Positions 12,789 through 25,675 of a DNA stretch of 64,000 nucleotides are shown here, one piece after another. The stretch comes from Octopus bimaculoides (Eukaryota). Position 1 is the stretch's first letter. Every line of letters starts with the position of its first letter. Made by a program: the position numbers and the translations under genes. The notes below the pieces were generated by a model that saw nothing but the letters and a program-made list of their open reading frames with translations, was not told the DNA's origin and did not search any database. The stretch covers positions 1,065,303 through 1,129,302 of the forward strand of contig NC_069002.1 in the NCBI RefSeq assembly GCF_001194135.2. Reading direction: 5' to 3'.

Positions 12789-12969
12789 ACCAAAACCATT
12801 CCTTGATACCAAACGGGCGATATATCAACAACCTGGTATTAAAGAGGCGATACAGGCACCAACTTGGTACCAAACTGTCGATACTGTACTAATTTCGTAA
12901 CAAAGTGACGATACAGCACCAACTTGGCACCCAACTGGCGACACTGCACCGACCTCAAGATATATGGTA
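12789..12969. repeat. Degenerate 30-bp tandem minisatellite, 6 units
   Basis: Units start at 12789, 12819, 12849 (31 bp), 12880, 12910 and 12940; consensus approximately GATACAGCACCAACTTGGTACCAAACTGGC. Confidence 0.8.
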
Positions 12970-13592
12970 GATCGACTGGATAAAAGGAACAGCGAAATCT
13001 CCCTCAAATAACAAGTATTCCATCTTCTTAAGAATGGAAGAATACATGCATATCTAAATTAATGAATTCTTAGAACAACGGGTGTAAAAGACTGGAAGAT
13101 AAGCAAGAAGGTAGATATAGATATAAATATATATATATTCCCACATACAAACACAGATGATATGGTGTGACACACTCAGACTCCTGGAAATATATATCTA
13201 CCCAACAAATCATTAGTAAATGTAATGTGAATTCCATGGTTCTTCCTAATGTCTTTTGATGGCTAATTAACTAAATTCTTCTGAGACCTATTATATTTTT
13301 GTCGTTCTTACGCTGGCAAGTTCTTCGACGATGACGTATTGGTGAAAGGAGCGGGGTGGGGTCGATTCTGTCATTATAATTGTTGTGGATCACTAATCCC
13401 CATCATCTGCCAATAAAAATGTGGCATCTTTCCAAGTCACTCTGTGCTATTGAGCTTGCATATGATCGCTTGGTCTGGTAGATATGATAGCTAAATATTT
13501 TTCAAATTACACCTTACGTTAGTGGTAAAAGAAAGACAAGAATTCAACATTTACGTTGACTCTACTTATCTATATCTACTTGTTTATAAAAT

Positions 13593-13788
13593 GGCGAGGA
13601 GCTGGGCGGAACGCTGAGTGGTATTTCGTCTGTCTTTACATTCTGAGTCCAAATTCCACGGAGGTCGACTTTGCCTTTCGTCCTTTCGAGATCGATAAAT
13701 TAAGTACAGTTGCGAACAGGGGATCGCTCTAATCAACTGGTGCCCTCCCCCAAAATTCCTTGGCTTGTGCCTACAGTGGAATAGTATA
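13593..13788 (+). mobile_element. SINE family A (head partly deleted)
   Basis: ggtatttcgtctgtctttacattctgagtccaaattccacggaggtcgactttgcctttcgtcctttcgagatcgataaattaagtac ... ccctcccccaaaattccttggcttgtgcct. Confidence 0.85.
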
Positions 13789-13812
13789 TCTACTTATGTA
13801 TGTATGTATGAA

Positions 13813-13883
13813 GGTGCATGGCTCAGTGGTTAGTGTCTTGAGCAAGGCACTTTATTTCACGTTGCTCCAGTTCACTCAGCTGT
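13813..13883 (+). mobile_element. CORE-like SINE fragment (family B) with an internal deletion
   Basis: The head gcatggctcagtggttag is joined directly to tgtcttgagcaaggcactttatttcacgttgctccagttcactcagctg, which matches the body of the 24141 copy. Confidence 0.75.
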
Positions 13884-13984
13884 TTCGGCCCTCTTTGTTT
13901 CGGAAGTCGTCGAGGAGGTGGTAGACGGAGGATATGATATGAGGGGTGGGCGAAGGAAATAAGAAGAAAGGAGACGGAGAGAGC

Positions 13985-14039
<55 letters not shown>

Positions 14040-14410
14040 CACACATGCTATATAGTTGATGTTGCATGCCCTTTTGACCCACGAATAGACGAGAAGGAAG
14101 GTGAAAAGATAGATACAACGTTCTTAAGTACGAAATAGCCCGGCTATGGAAATGGAAAATGAAGAAGGTGGAAATTATTGTCGGGTCCTTGAGAACAATA
14201 TCAGAAGGCATCAAGAGGAATATAAAGGAAATTGGAATAGAGTGCCTAGTAGAACTGTTACGAAGGTTTGCCTCCTTGGCATAGCCAGAATAAGCAGGAA
14301 AATATAAGAGAGCTGAAAAGAACGAATAACATGGTACCGTAGTCTGCAGGTAGTAAGTCCGCTACGCATGCAAGACTCCAGGAGTTCCAACAAAACCTGT
14401 GATAAAGAGA
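14040..14410 (+). mobile_element. 5'-truncated non-LTR retrotransposon; C-terminal restriction-like endonuclease (RLE) region plus 3' UTR, R4/Dong-like
   Basis: Translation with 2 frameshifts: HTCYIVDVACPFDPRIDEKEGEKID / RYNVLKYEIARLWKWKMKKVEIIVGSLRTISEGIKRNIKEIGIECLVELLR / VCLLGIARISRKI*. This fits the RLE C-terminal pattern D-(V/I)-x-x-P-x-D ... E-K-x-x-K-Y-x-x-L ... G-x-L-G ... L-L-G-T-A-R-I. Flanked by (TAA)n at 13985-14039 and 14411-14463. Confidence 0.85.
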
Positions 14411-14419
14411 AATAATAAT

Positions 14420-14466
<47 letters not shown>

Positions 14467-14562
14467 TGATGATGATGAACGTTCATTTATTTGTCGTAAG
14501 TGCGATAGATGGGTGATATTAAGACGAAATACTATGCTAATCGTAATAATGAGAAGAAGAAG

Positions 14563-14593
<31 letters not shown>

Positions 14594-15111
14594 TGATGAT
14601 GATGCGGATATTTATGTTGATGATGATACTTCTGATGATGATGATGATGATGATGATGATGACGGCGACAAACACGGTGGTGTTTGTGTCAGGAGTGGTG
14701 CCGAGTAAAGAAGTGACACTCCCCAGAGAATTCCTCAGGATAAAAGAATGCCTTAATGACTTGCGTGATTTATTCAATATATTTGTCTTAGAATTTTTTA
14801 AGAGCTTCTTTTTTTTTTAAATAAAGTTTTAAAAAAAAATATTCTTCTTGTTTTTGTTCTGTTGGTGCTCTTATTGTTGTTGTTGTCGCTGTTGTTGTTG
14901 TTGTTGTTGTCGCTGTTGTTGTTGATGTTGTTGTCGCTGTTGTTCTCTTTTCGATTGTTACTGTTGTTGATGGTGAAGCTCAAACTGTTGTTACTCTATT
15001 ATTATTAAAGTAGAGCTTTACTAATAAAAATAAAAGAAACTAGAACTACAGCATCATCGCCCTCGTCATAGGCACCACCACCACGACCACGACCACGACC
15101 ACGACCACCAC

Positions 15112-15146
<35 letters not shown>

Positions 15147-17149
15147 ACCAAAGTTGGTTTATAATCCTGTTAGTCTTGCCGTTGCTTAATTTGAAACACT
15201 TTTAAACGTTTGTCTAACTAAACAAAAGAAAAATAAAAGAAAATTTAAGTTAAACATTCAAAGTAAGATGCCCGAAAATGTTTAAGAATAACGGCGCGAA
15301 GAACAAGGAGATCCTCGATGGTGTTTCTAAATGTTAAAAAAAGAAGTCGGAGAAATATTTTTAGATCTAAATTATGTGGAAGTATGCAAAAATATACATT
15401 GTTTTCCATCCTACTTTTAGTCTTGTTTCATTTTATGGTTTATTGTTGTGTATATTTTGAATAACATATTAATGGTTGCACCAAAATGATTCAAGTACCC
15501 AGTGCCTCTATGGGTCTTAATCCGGCCATCCTTGTACATCCCTCTGATTCAAAATCTGGCGAAGTGGAAGAGGTGCACCTTCTGGTATTCTTGTGTATAT
15601 ATGTGGTATATATATATAAGGTGTGTACAACATTGTTTTGCATGACAATTTACATATACAAATAGACTTACATAAAACCTATTTCTGTGTGTGAGTGTGC
15701 GTGTGTGTATGTGTGTGTACGGTGTTTGTGAGGTCGGTGCATACACACTGCTGTTGGTGTATATATACAACAGCGTGTATAATATTTTATGGATGAGACG
15801 CATCTATAATTCAATGTTTCCCAATGAAATCCCAAATGTCAGCAGGTTGTGGCGTCATAAAACCTAAACATCCAATGACGAGGAGGACGACAATGCTGAT
15901 GGTGGCGGTGGTGATGGTGGTGGTGGTGGTGGTGGTGTTGACGGTGGTGGTGGTATGTGTGAGGGCGGCGACGCTGACAACGACTACGACAATGGTGATG
16001 ATGAAGAAAATCATGACGACGAAGACGCTGGCGACGAGGACGACAACGACTGTAATGCTGCTGCTGCGGCTACTGCTGCTGTTGGTGTCAATGATGATGA
16101 TGATGATGATGAAGACGACAATGATGCCGATGACGTCTGGCTTTATGATGATGACGATGATGATGGTTATGAAGTGGTGGTCTTGATGAAGATGATGATG
16201 ATGATGATGACGTGATGATGATAATGATTATGATGATGATGATGATGATAATCATCTTCATGATCCTCGTTACTTCTACGACCCACATATTTATAGTTAC
16301 CGGGATAATGGTTTGGTGATGTCTGTGATGGTCCTGGAAGTGCTGATGGCGGAGACACAGTCGTTGTTTTGGTTGTTGCTGTTATTGTTGTGATATATAG
16401 TATGCCAGTAGTAGGTGCAGTAATAGTTGTAGTAGGGGAGTATGAGAAGAGGGGGAGTAGAAAGAGAAGAAGAAGAAGAAGAAGAAGAAGAAGAAGAAGA
16501 AGAANNNNNNNNNNNNNNNNNNNNNNNNNNNNNNNNNNNNNNNNNNNNNNNNNNNNNNNNNNNNNNNNNNNNNNNNNNNNNNNNNNNNNNNNNNNNNNNN
16601 NNNNNNNNNNNNNNNNNNNNNNNNNNNNNNNNNNNNNNNNNNNNNNNNNNNNNNNNNNNNNNNNNNNNNNNNNNNNNNNNNNNNNNNNNNNNNNNNNNNN
16701 NNNNNNNNNNNNNNNNNNNNNNNNNNNNNNNNNNNNNNNNNNNNNNNNNNNNNNNNNNNNNNNNNNNNNNNNNNNNNNNNNNNNNNNNNNNNNNNNNNNN
16801 NNNNNNNNNNNNNNNNNNNNNNNNNNNNNNNNNNNNNNNNNNNNNNNNNNNNNNNNNNNNNNNNNNNNNNNNNNNNNNNNNNNNNNNNNNNNNNNNNNNN
16901 NNNNNNNNNNNNNNNNNNNNNNNNNNNNNNNNNNNNNNNNNNNNNNNNNNNNNNNNNNNNNNNNNNNNNNNNNNNNNNNNNNNNNNNNNNNNNNNNNNNN
17001 NNNNNNNNNNNNNNNNNNNNNNNNNNNNNNNNNNNNNNNNNNNNNNNNNNNNNNNNNNNNNNNNNNNNNNNNNNNNNNNNNNNNNNNNNNNNNNNNNNNN
17101 NNNNNNNNNNNNNNNNNNNNNNNNNNNNNNNNNNNNNNNNNNNNNNNNN

Positions 17150-17201
<52 letters not shown>

Positions 17202-17672
17202 CACATATATATATATATATATGTGTGTGTGGGTGGGTGTGAATGCGTATACACTAACACACATAAGCGTATATATAACCGCCTAAAAGCTATCACCCTC
17301 TACCTCATCTAAAAGTATAGACATGCACTATCAAATGCATGTATATGTATATGCATATATTATCTGTATCTTTTCCTATACATACACACACACATATATA
17401 TGTATGTATATATGTGTGTATACACAGACGTACACAGAAGCGCACGCATACACACACACACGTGTGTAAGCATATATACATCTTTATTTATAATCTGTTA
17501 CGTGTAATGAATGACGTCATGACATGAACTGATTTGTGGTGTTTGCCGGGAGAAAACAATTCTACCAACGGAGAGTGCACTTAACTCTGGAATGGGATGC
17601 ATGTTGTTTATTGTCTTCTGTATAAGGAACACAGCCATAGACAATATACTTATATATTACTTTCGTCGTCGT

Positions 17673-17724
17673 CGAGCAACACCGGGTAACCCTTCTTCCC
17701 GAGCAACACCGGGTAACCTGCTAA
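17673..17724 (+). mobile_element. Helitron-like 3' terminus, partly duplicated
   Basis: cgagcaacaccgggtaacc occurs twice (17673-17691, 17700-17718). The second copy continues tgCTAA|t, matching the Helitron CTRR-3' end followed by T. Confidence 0.45.
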
Positions 17725-18380
17725 TGCTTTCCCTCACCTCTCTTTTTCTGTCTATCTATTTTCTCTCCCCCACTCTCTCTATCGTTCTCACTCCCCATAT
17801 ATATGTGTGTGTGTGTTTTAGTGGTTGAGTGTGTATCTAAATACATATATGTATTTGTGTAAAGATATATTTATACATTTACGCCTGCACACACATGCAC
17901 ACCTACTTGCAATATACCTGTATATGACAAAAGACAATGTGAACAAACTTCCAATTTTACGCAAAATATTGATGTGCGTGTGTGTGTGTGTGTGTGTGTG
18001 TCTGTGTGTTTAGAGGTATAAAGATTACAGAAAACGCTCATAAATACATATTCACAAACATATATGCAAACATACGCACACATACAAAAATACATCCATA
18101 TACACACATGCAAACAGACACACATTGGCGCGTACACACACGCACATACACACACACGCGCACACACGCGCACCTAAACGTTTTCTGTAAGGATTGAGAA
18201 CTGAGGCAACCCTCGTTACACCAAACCCCCTCCCCCACCTTTTTATAGCCCCCCTCTCTGGATGATGATCGTCACTTAACCAGATGTCAAGTAAGAGATA
18301 TAAAACCGACGCCCACCCCTACACACTCAGGTTTTCACATCTTCCTCATCAGTCTCTCTGTCACACCCTTTCTTTCTCCC

Positions 18381-18436
<56 letters not shown>

Positions 18437-18671
18437 CACACATACATGTGCGTATGTGAGTGTGTGTTTGAGTGCGTGTTTATTATGCATATATAGATAG
18501 ATATGCATATATATTAACGCATACATTTATGTATATATATATATATATACAAATATATACACACACACATATTCGCACACTTACATGCACACAAATGCAC
18601 ATACACACACATAAACGTTGTCAGTTGAAAATGGATGCCTGGAAGTCATATTTCGTGTTTTGTTTCACCTC

Positions 18672-18706
<35 letters not shown>

Positions 18707-18899
18707 TATATCATAAGCTCCCTCTATCTCTCCCTCTCTGCCTCTCTCTCTCTGTCTCTCTCTCCTCCTCTTCCGTCTGTTGATGTGGTGGAACTGATTA
18801 TGCTCATCAATTTAGACCACCCACTTCCTACCAACAAAAATGACTATAACAACAACAGCAGAAAACACTATCACTGGTGCCACCACAACAACCACCATC

Positions 18900-18902
18900 A
18901 CC

Positions 18903-18956
<54 letters not shown>

Positions 18957-19471
18957 GTCGTCATCATCGTCATCATCGTCATCATCATCATCATCATCAT
19001 CATCGTCATCAACATCGTCATCATCATCATCATCGTCGTCGTCGTCGTATCATCATCATCATCATCATCATCCTCCCCCTCCTCTTCAACCGAAAGCAGC
19101 AGCAGCAGCAGCGTCGTCGTCGTCGTCGTCGTCAATGTTGAGGATGTGGTCTTCGTAATGGTCCTGGGTACTGACATCCTGGTGATGATGATAAAGATGG
19201 CGATGACGATGACGACAATAATGATAATGCTGATGCTGATGATGATAATGACGATGATGATGACAAGGATGGCGGTCATCATCCTTATCCTCTTAGCCAC
19301 CATCACCACCTCACCATTATAACTAATATCATCATGATCATCGCCATCATCATCATCATCTCTATCATCTGCATCATCATAGTCTTCATTACAATCTTCC
19401 ATGATATCCACTCTGCACCTAACCGTAATCAGCTATAACCACCACCACCACCACCACCACCACCACCACCA
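18900..19471. repeat. Long compound (CAT/CGT/CAG/GAT/CAC)n microsatellite field
   Basis: Direct reading. Confidence 0.9.
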
Positions 19472-21557
19472 NNNNNNNNNNNNNNNNNNNNNNNNNNNNN
19501 NNNNNNNNNNNNNNNNNNNNNNNNNNNNNNNNNNNNNNNNNNNNNNNNNNNNNNNNNNNNNNNNNNNNNNNNNNNNNNNNNNNNNNNNNNNNNNNNNNNN
19601 NNNNNNNNNNNNNNNNNNNNNNNNNNNNNNNNNNNNNNNNNNNNNNNNNNNNNNNNNNNNNNNNNNNNNNNNNNNNNNNNNNNNNNNNNNNNNNNNNNNN
19701 NNNNNNNNNNNNNNNNNNNNNNNNNNNNNNNNNNNNNNNNNNNNNNNNNNNNNNNNNNNNNNNNNNNNNNNNNNNNNNNNNNNNNNNNNNNNNNNNNNNN
19801 NNNNNNNNNNNNNNNNNNNNNNNNNNNNNNNNNNNNNNNNNNNNNNNNNNNNNNNNNNNNNNNNNNNNNNNNNNNNNNNNNNNNNNNNNNNNNNNNNNNN
19901 NNNNNNNNNNNNNNNNNNNNNNNNNNNNNNNNNNNNGTATAGTTTACTTGTTGTTAGGAATGACAGAACGTAAGACGAACCGACGACAATATTTTACAGC
20001 GAAACAAACGAAACGTTATCCTCGCGGCCACGCCTCGCCCCCCCCCACCTCTCATAGTTACACAATTTACAAGACAAACAGCTGAAACAATAAGAGAATC
20101 GAAGAGCTTAGTCAGTTCATAATGGAAATGTCCAACTTGCTTAATTCTAAACAGTGAAAGTGGAGGGAGGTGAAGAGCGACATCCGTTTAATAGGGAACG
20201 TGACAGGCTAATTTCGGTTGGTGATCGTGTTAAGTCGCCTTCACACATTGGAGAGCATCGCAGATAGCCTCATAACTCGTAGTCCATCAACGGCGACCAA
20301 ACACTGCCACCGCCGTCACTACAGCTTCCACCATCGCTGATCTCACACATTAGAAACACACACGCACATACAGAAATGATCACGAGCTCTTACACACACA
20401 CAGCATACATATATACACGTTATCATAACAGTTTGCAGAAGCATACATAAAAATAGATGCATACACATTTTCACACGAACATGAATGTATACACAGACGC
20501 AGACACAAACACACACACACAATACAGATGCACATATACATACAAACACAGAGATGTATATACATACACACAAGCATACCCACATATACATAAACATGAG
20601 CAAAGATACTCACACACACACACTCACACAGAATCATATTCAAGCCCCCCCACACACACACATGCACGTACATACAAGCATATATATATATATACGTAAG
20701 CATAAACAAGGTTACATAAATATACGACGACAGAAGCACACGAAGACACATACACAGCGAAAGAAGAAATGAAAGCACATTCTTATATACACGATTTAAC
20801 ACACACGTACACACGTATACACGCACATACACAAACACAGACGGGCACAAGCACAATCGTCACCCAATTCATCGTCAACAAATACATACTCACACACTCA
20901 GACAAACACACACACATATACAAACCAAGAAACAGACGTATAGAGAACATTATTATTATTAAAATGGTGATGCCATTAAATTCTCACTCTGCTGAACGAT
21001 GTTACACCGTCGGCCATTGATGTCAGATCCACATTGGTTAAACTTTCCATCTATCTTCCTCCCTTTGGACATTCCATTTCTCTCCCCCCCCCNNNNNNNN
21101 NNNNNNNNNNNNNNNNNNNNNNNNNNNNNNNNNNNNNNNNNNNNNNNNNNNNNNNNNNNNNNNNNNNNNNNNNNNNNNNNNNNNNNNNNNNNNNNNNNNN
21201 NNNNNNNNNNNNNNNNNNNNNNNNNNNNNNNNNNNNNNNNNNNNNNNNNNNNNNNNNNNNNNNNNNNNNNNNNNNNNNNNNNNNNNNNNNNNNNNNNNNN
21301 NNNNNNNNNNNNNNNNNNNNNNNNNNNNNNNNNNNNNNNNNNNNNNNNNNNNNNNNNNNNNNNNNNNNNNNNNNNNNNNNNNNNNNNNNNNNNNNNNNNN
21401 NNNNNNNNNNNNNNNNNNNNNNNNNNNNNNNNNNNNNNNNNNNNNNNNNNNNNNNNNNNNNNNNNNNNNNNNNNNNNNNNNNNNNNNNNNNNNNNNNNNN
21501 NNNNNNNNNNNNNNNNNNNNNNNNNNNNNNNNNNNNNNNNNNNNNNNNNNNNNNNNN

Positions 21558-21617
<60 letters not shown>

Positions 21618-21891
21618 CATATATGTGCAGGTGAGTAATACGGTATCAGGATAGTGTGAATACATAGACACATACACACATTCACACACGCACAATCATA
21701 TATATATGTATGTGTGTGTATGTGTGTGTATGTGTGCACGTGTGTATGTGTAAGTATACATATAATATGTTAATTTATGTAAATTTATTCATGTATCAGT
21801 AATGTAGTCAAAGATATATACGCATAATAAGAACGGTTGTATCTATCTTTATATATATGCACACATACACAAAAATTCAGAGTGAGAGAGT

Positions 21892-21951
<60 letters not shown>

Positions 21952-22716
21952 NNNNNNNNNNNNNNNNNNNNNNNNNNNNNNNNNNNNNNNNNNNNNNNNN
22001 NNNNNNNNNNNNNNNNNNNNNNNNNNNNNNNNNNNNNNNNNNNNNNNNNNNNNNNNNNNNNNNNNNNNNNNNNNNNNNNNNNNNNNNNNNNNNNNNNNNN
22101 NNNNNNNNNNNNNNNNNNNNNNNNNNNNNNNNNNNNNNNNNNNNNNNNNNNNNNNNNNNNNNNNNNNNNNNNNNNNNNNNNNNNNNNNNNNNNNNNNNNN
22201 NNNNNNNNNNNNNNNNNNNNNNNNNNNNNNNNNNNNNNNNNNNNNNNNNNNNNNNNNNNNNNNNNNNNNNNNNNNNNNNNNNNNNNNNNNNNNNNNNNNN
22301 NNNNNNNNNNNNNNNNNNNNNNNNNNNNNNNNNNNNNNNNNNNNNNNNNNNNNNNNNNNNNNNNNNNNNNNNNNNNNNNNNNNNNNNNNNNNNNNNNNNN
22401 NNNNNNNNNNNNNNNNNNNNNNNNNNNNNNNNNNNNNNNNNNNNNNNNNNNNNNNNNNNNNNNNNNNNNNNNNNNNNNNNNNNNNNNNNNNNNNNNNNNN
22501 NNNNNNNNNNNNNNNNNNNNNNNNNNNNNNNNNNNNNNNNNNNNNNNNNNNNNNTTATCGATGTTTCCAACTCACTTCCTTATTTGAATATTATAAATAT
22601 TTCAATTGAATAATCGAAAACATCTAATTCAGAGGAAAAACGAGCTGAACTCAGAGTACGGGTTCAGATTGCATCGAAGAACTAGCTGGAGAAGGCTTCC
22701 TCCTAGGGTTAGTATG

Positions 22717-22771
<55 letters not shown>

Positions 22772-23083
22772 ATACAAATGTACACACACGCACACGGCTT
22801 ATATGATAGATTTAGAAGGATAGATGCTATAAAGACGAGTTGTGTGAAATAATAAAAGACAGCGAAACAGTAAAGAGAATGACAAAGCTGAAGCGGAGAG
22901 AGAGAGAAAGGAACAGAATTTGTGAGTGAGGAGGAGAGGGAAGAAGGGAGAGAGAGAGGGTGGGAGAGAAAACCCAGGTATACAATGTGAGAAACAACGA
23001 TAGACACACATATACATATACACACACGCACGCCGCACATGCACACATTTACACACGCATACGCATATCTCTGAAACTGCATG

Positions 23084-23117
<34 letters not shown>

Positions 23118-23920
23118 GGTAGTGTGATAGTACGTATGTGTGTGTGTGTGTGTGACAGGTGGAGGGGAAGTCCTGGGGAATGTGGTATTTTTTTTTCTTA
23201 TGGAATGGCCAGTTCTTTTTGTCACCTTTTCGAAAGAGCTGCTTCCACATTGGAGTGGAGTTGTACGCTCAATTCACCTGCAAATTGTGTTTGACAAAGC
23301 TTTGACGATTATCTCCCTTGCGAATTAACCTCTTGCGTGTAAAGCTGGCTACTTGATCGCTCAACACACAACAGCTCCGTCTCTTTCACCCGTTACGACA
23401 GGTCACGCACACTTGCTGTACAATTCGAGTCGATCTGCAGTTTTCCGACGTTCACCAACCACCAACGTTGGCAGCAGCAGCAGCGCCATCACCACCATCA
23501 ACAACAACGATGACAACAACAGCAGCAACAACACTACCACCACCACCACCACCACCACCACCACCACCACCACCACCACTAATAGTAGAGATGGAAATGT
23601 ACGAGAATAACAACGACAACAATATCAAGTGCATCATCTCATTTACACTGAACACTGCTACACACCCCACCCCCACCGCCTACAGCACCAACAACAGCAG
23701 CAACAACGAACCAGAACTACGAGATCAACAACCACAACAATAACAACTACAACAACCCCAATATCACCTTAACCACCACCACTACCACAATCACCAATAT
23801 CATCATCATCATCATCATCATCTTCATCATTATCATCATCATCATCACCAATTCCATTCTCCCCTTTACTGTATCCACTCCGTCTCACCTCAAGATCCAA
23901 CATATCTAACAGTCTCATCC

Positions 23921-23921
<1 letters not shown>

Positions 23922-23951
<30 letters not shown>

Positions 23952-24100
23952 CTTCTTCTTCTTCTTCTTCTTCTTCTTCTTCTTCTTCTTCTTCTTCTTC
24001 TTCTTCTTCTTCTTCTTCTTCTTTCTTCTTCTTCTTCTTCTTCTCCTTCTTCTTCTTCTTCTCCTTCTTCTCCTCCTCCTCCTCCTCCTCCTCCTCCTCC
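23922..24100. repeat. (TTC)n grading into (TCC)n polypyrimidine tract
   Basis: Direct reading. Confidence 0.95.
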
Positions 24101-24140
24101 TTCTTGCTCACTTCGTCCTTCTGCTGCGTGTCTTACTACT

Positions 24141-24454
24141 GCGTGGCTGAGTGGTTCGGGCATTCGACTCACGATCGTAAGGTCTTAAGTTGAATTCCCG
24201 GCAACGCGTTGTGTCCTTGAGCAAGACACTTTATTACGTTGATCCAGTCCTCTTAGCTGGCAAAAATGAGCAGTACCTTGTATTTCAAAGAGCCAGCCTT
24301 GTCACAATGTGTCGGGCTGAATCTCCCACAGAATTACGTTAAGGGTACCCGTGTCTGTGGAGTGCTCAGCCACTTGCACGTTAATTTCACGAGCAAGCTG
24401 TTCCGTTGGTCGTATCAGCTGGGACCCTCGTCGTCGTAACCGACGGAGTGCTCC
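24141..24454 (+). mobile_element. Near full-length tRNA-derived CORE-like SINE (family B)
   Basis: A-box-like tggctgagtgg, B-box-like gttgaattcc, CORE-like gtgtccttgagcaagacacttt ... cagctggcaaaaatgag, and a unique 3' body ending cgtaaccgacggagtgctcc. Confidence 0.8.
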
Positions 24455-24479
24455 TGATAAATATATATATATATGGTAG

Positions 24480-24533
24480 AGGTCCAGCATGGCCACAGTC
24501 AAATGACTGAAGCAAGTTAAAGAATAAAAGAAT
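24480..24533 (+). mobile_element. Isolated 3' tail of SINE family C
   Basis: tccagcatggccacagtcaaatgactgaagcaagttaaagaataaaagaa, homologous to the reverse complement of 6544-6596. Confidence 0.75.
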
Positions 24534-24733
24534 ATATATATATATATATAAACACAGATACAAGTATACAAATATGCACATATACACACACACACTCACA
24601 AATATATGCATGAAGACACACACACATATATATATAGAGAGATATAATAATACAAATGATATGTGAGCATATGCATATATACATACATATACGTACATAC
24701 CTACATCTGCATGTATATATAGATGCATATCCG

Positions 24734-24781
<48 letters not shown>

Positions 24782-24869
24782 AGCTTACACGTGCATACAT
24801 CGCCATCTCCCTCTCGCAACCTTGCTGTCCATCCATCTATAAATATATCTCACAGAAATTCTAATATCC

Positions 24870-25040
24870 TCACCTACAACCTTTCCCAAAAGTCTGCCTT
24901 CTCTCTCCAGGTTTCTTCTGATTTCTCATCCGTCTCCTTATCCGGACACATACCAATACATTAGATGCCATGTTTTCTCGCTTCCCCATCAAAATGTTAT
25001 GCAGACGCCATCTTGCACCATGTTGGCTAACTCCTTTCCA
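24870..25040 (-). mobile_element. Decayed RTE-like LINE ORF2 C-terminal fragment
   Basis: The minus frame reads ARWRLHNILMGKRENMASNVLVCVRIRRRMRNQKKPGERRQTF, resembling the RTE C-terminal pattern R-W-R-x-x-G-H-I-L-R ... R-R-R-G-R-P-K-K-T-W-R-x-T. Judged by eye only. Confidence 0.45.
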
Positions 25041-25642
25041 ATAATGCAATGGCGGCGTATATTTTCTTTCATTTTTTTCCCTTTCATACACACACACACA
25101 CACAAACACACATACACACGCACACACACATACATATACGTTTTACTATATCCTTCGGCCTAGCTTCTAAAAGATTAAGTGAGATCGTTCATTATTTTAC
25201 CAATCTTTTATCAATCTCTTAATATAATAAAATAAATCTTCAGTATAACCATGCAAACATTTTCTGGCTCTTGTTTGCTAGATTTTCATTATTTAGCTAT
25301 AAGTAATATACATACATTCATTCACACATGCATACATGCATACATTTATAGACAGCTAGTTAGACAGGCATACACACACGCACATATACATATAAACATG
25401 TATAAATATACATATAAACGTGTATAAATATATATATATACATACGTACAATGTGTGTATACATGTACATACGTATGTGGGCTGAGGGGTGCGTGTTGAG
25501 TGTTAGTGTGTATGTATATAATATACGTAGTACTAGCTATATCGTCATCTACACCCTCGTACTTTCTCTTTGATTCCCCCCACCAGTATATATAACTACA
25601 TGGTGTTCTAGCTATCTTCCTCTCTATATGCTCCATCTATGT

Positions 25643-25675
<33 letters not shown>

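Noticed and set aside
12789-12969. CRISPR-like interpretation of the periodic repeats
   Set aside because: Units are contiguous with no unique spacers, there are no cas genes, and the context is eukaryotic.
15496-15570. Exon-like readings on both strands (MIQVPSASMGLNP... and DFESEGCTRMAGLRPIEALG)
   Set aside because: Weak donor, no homolog recognised, and length within chance expectation.
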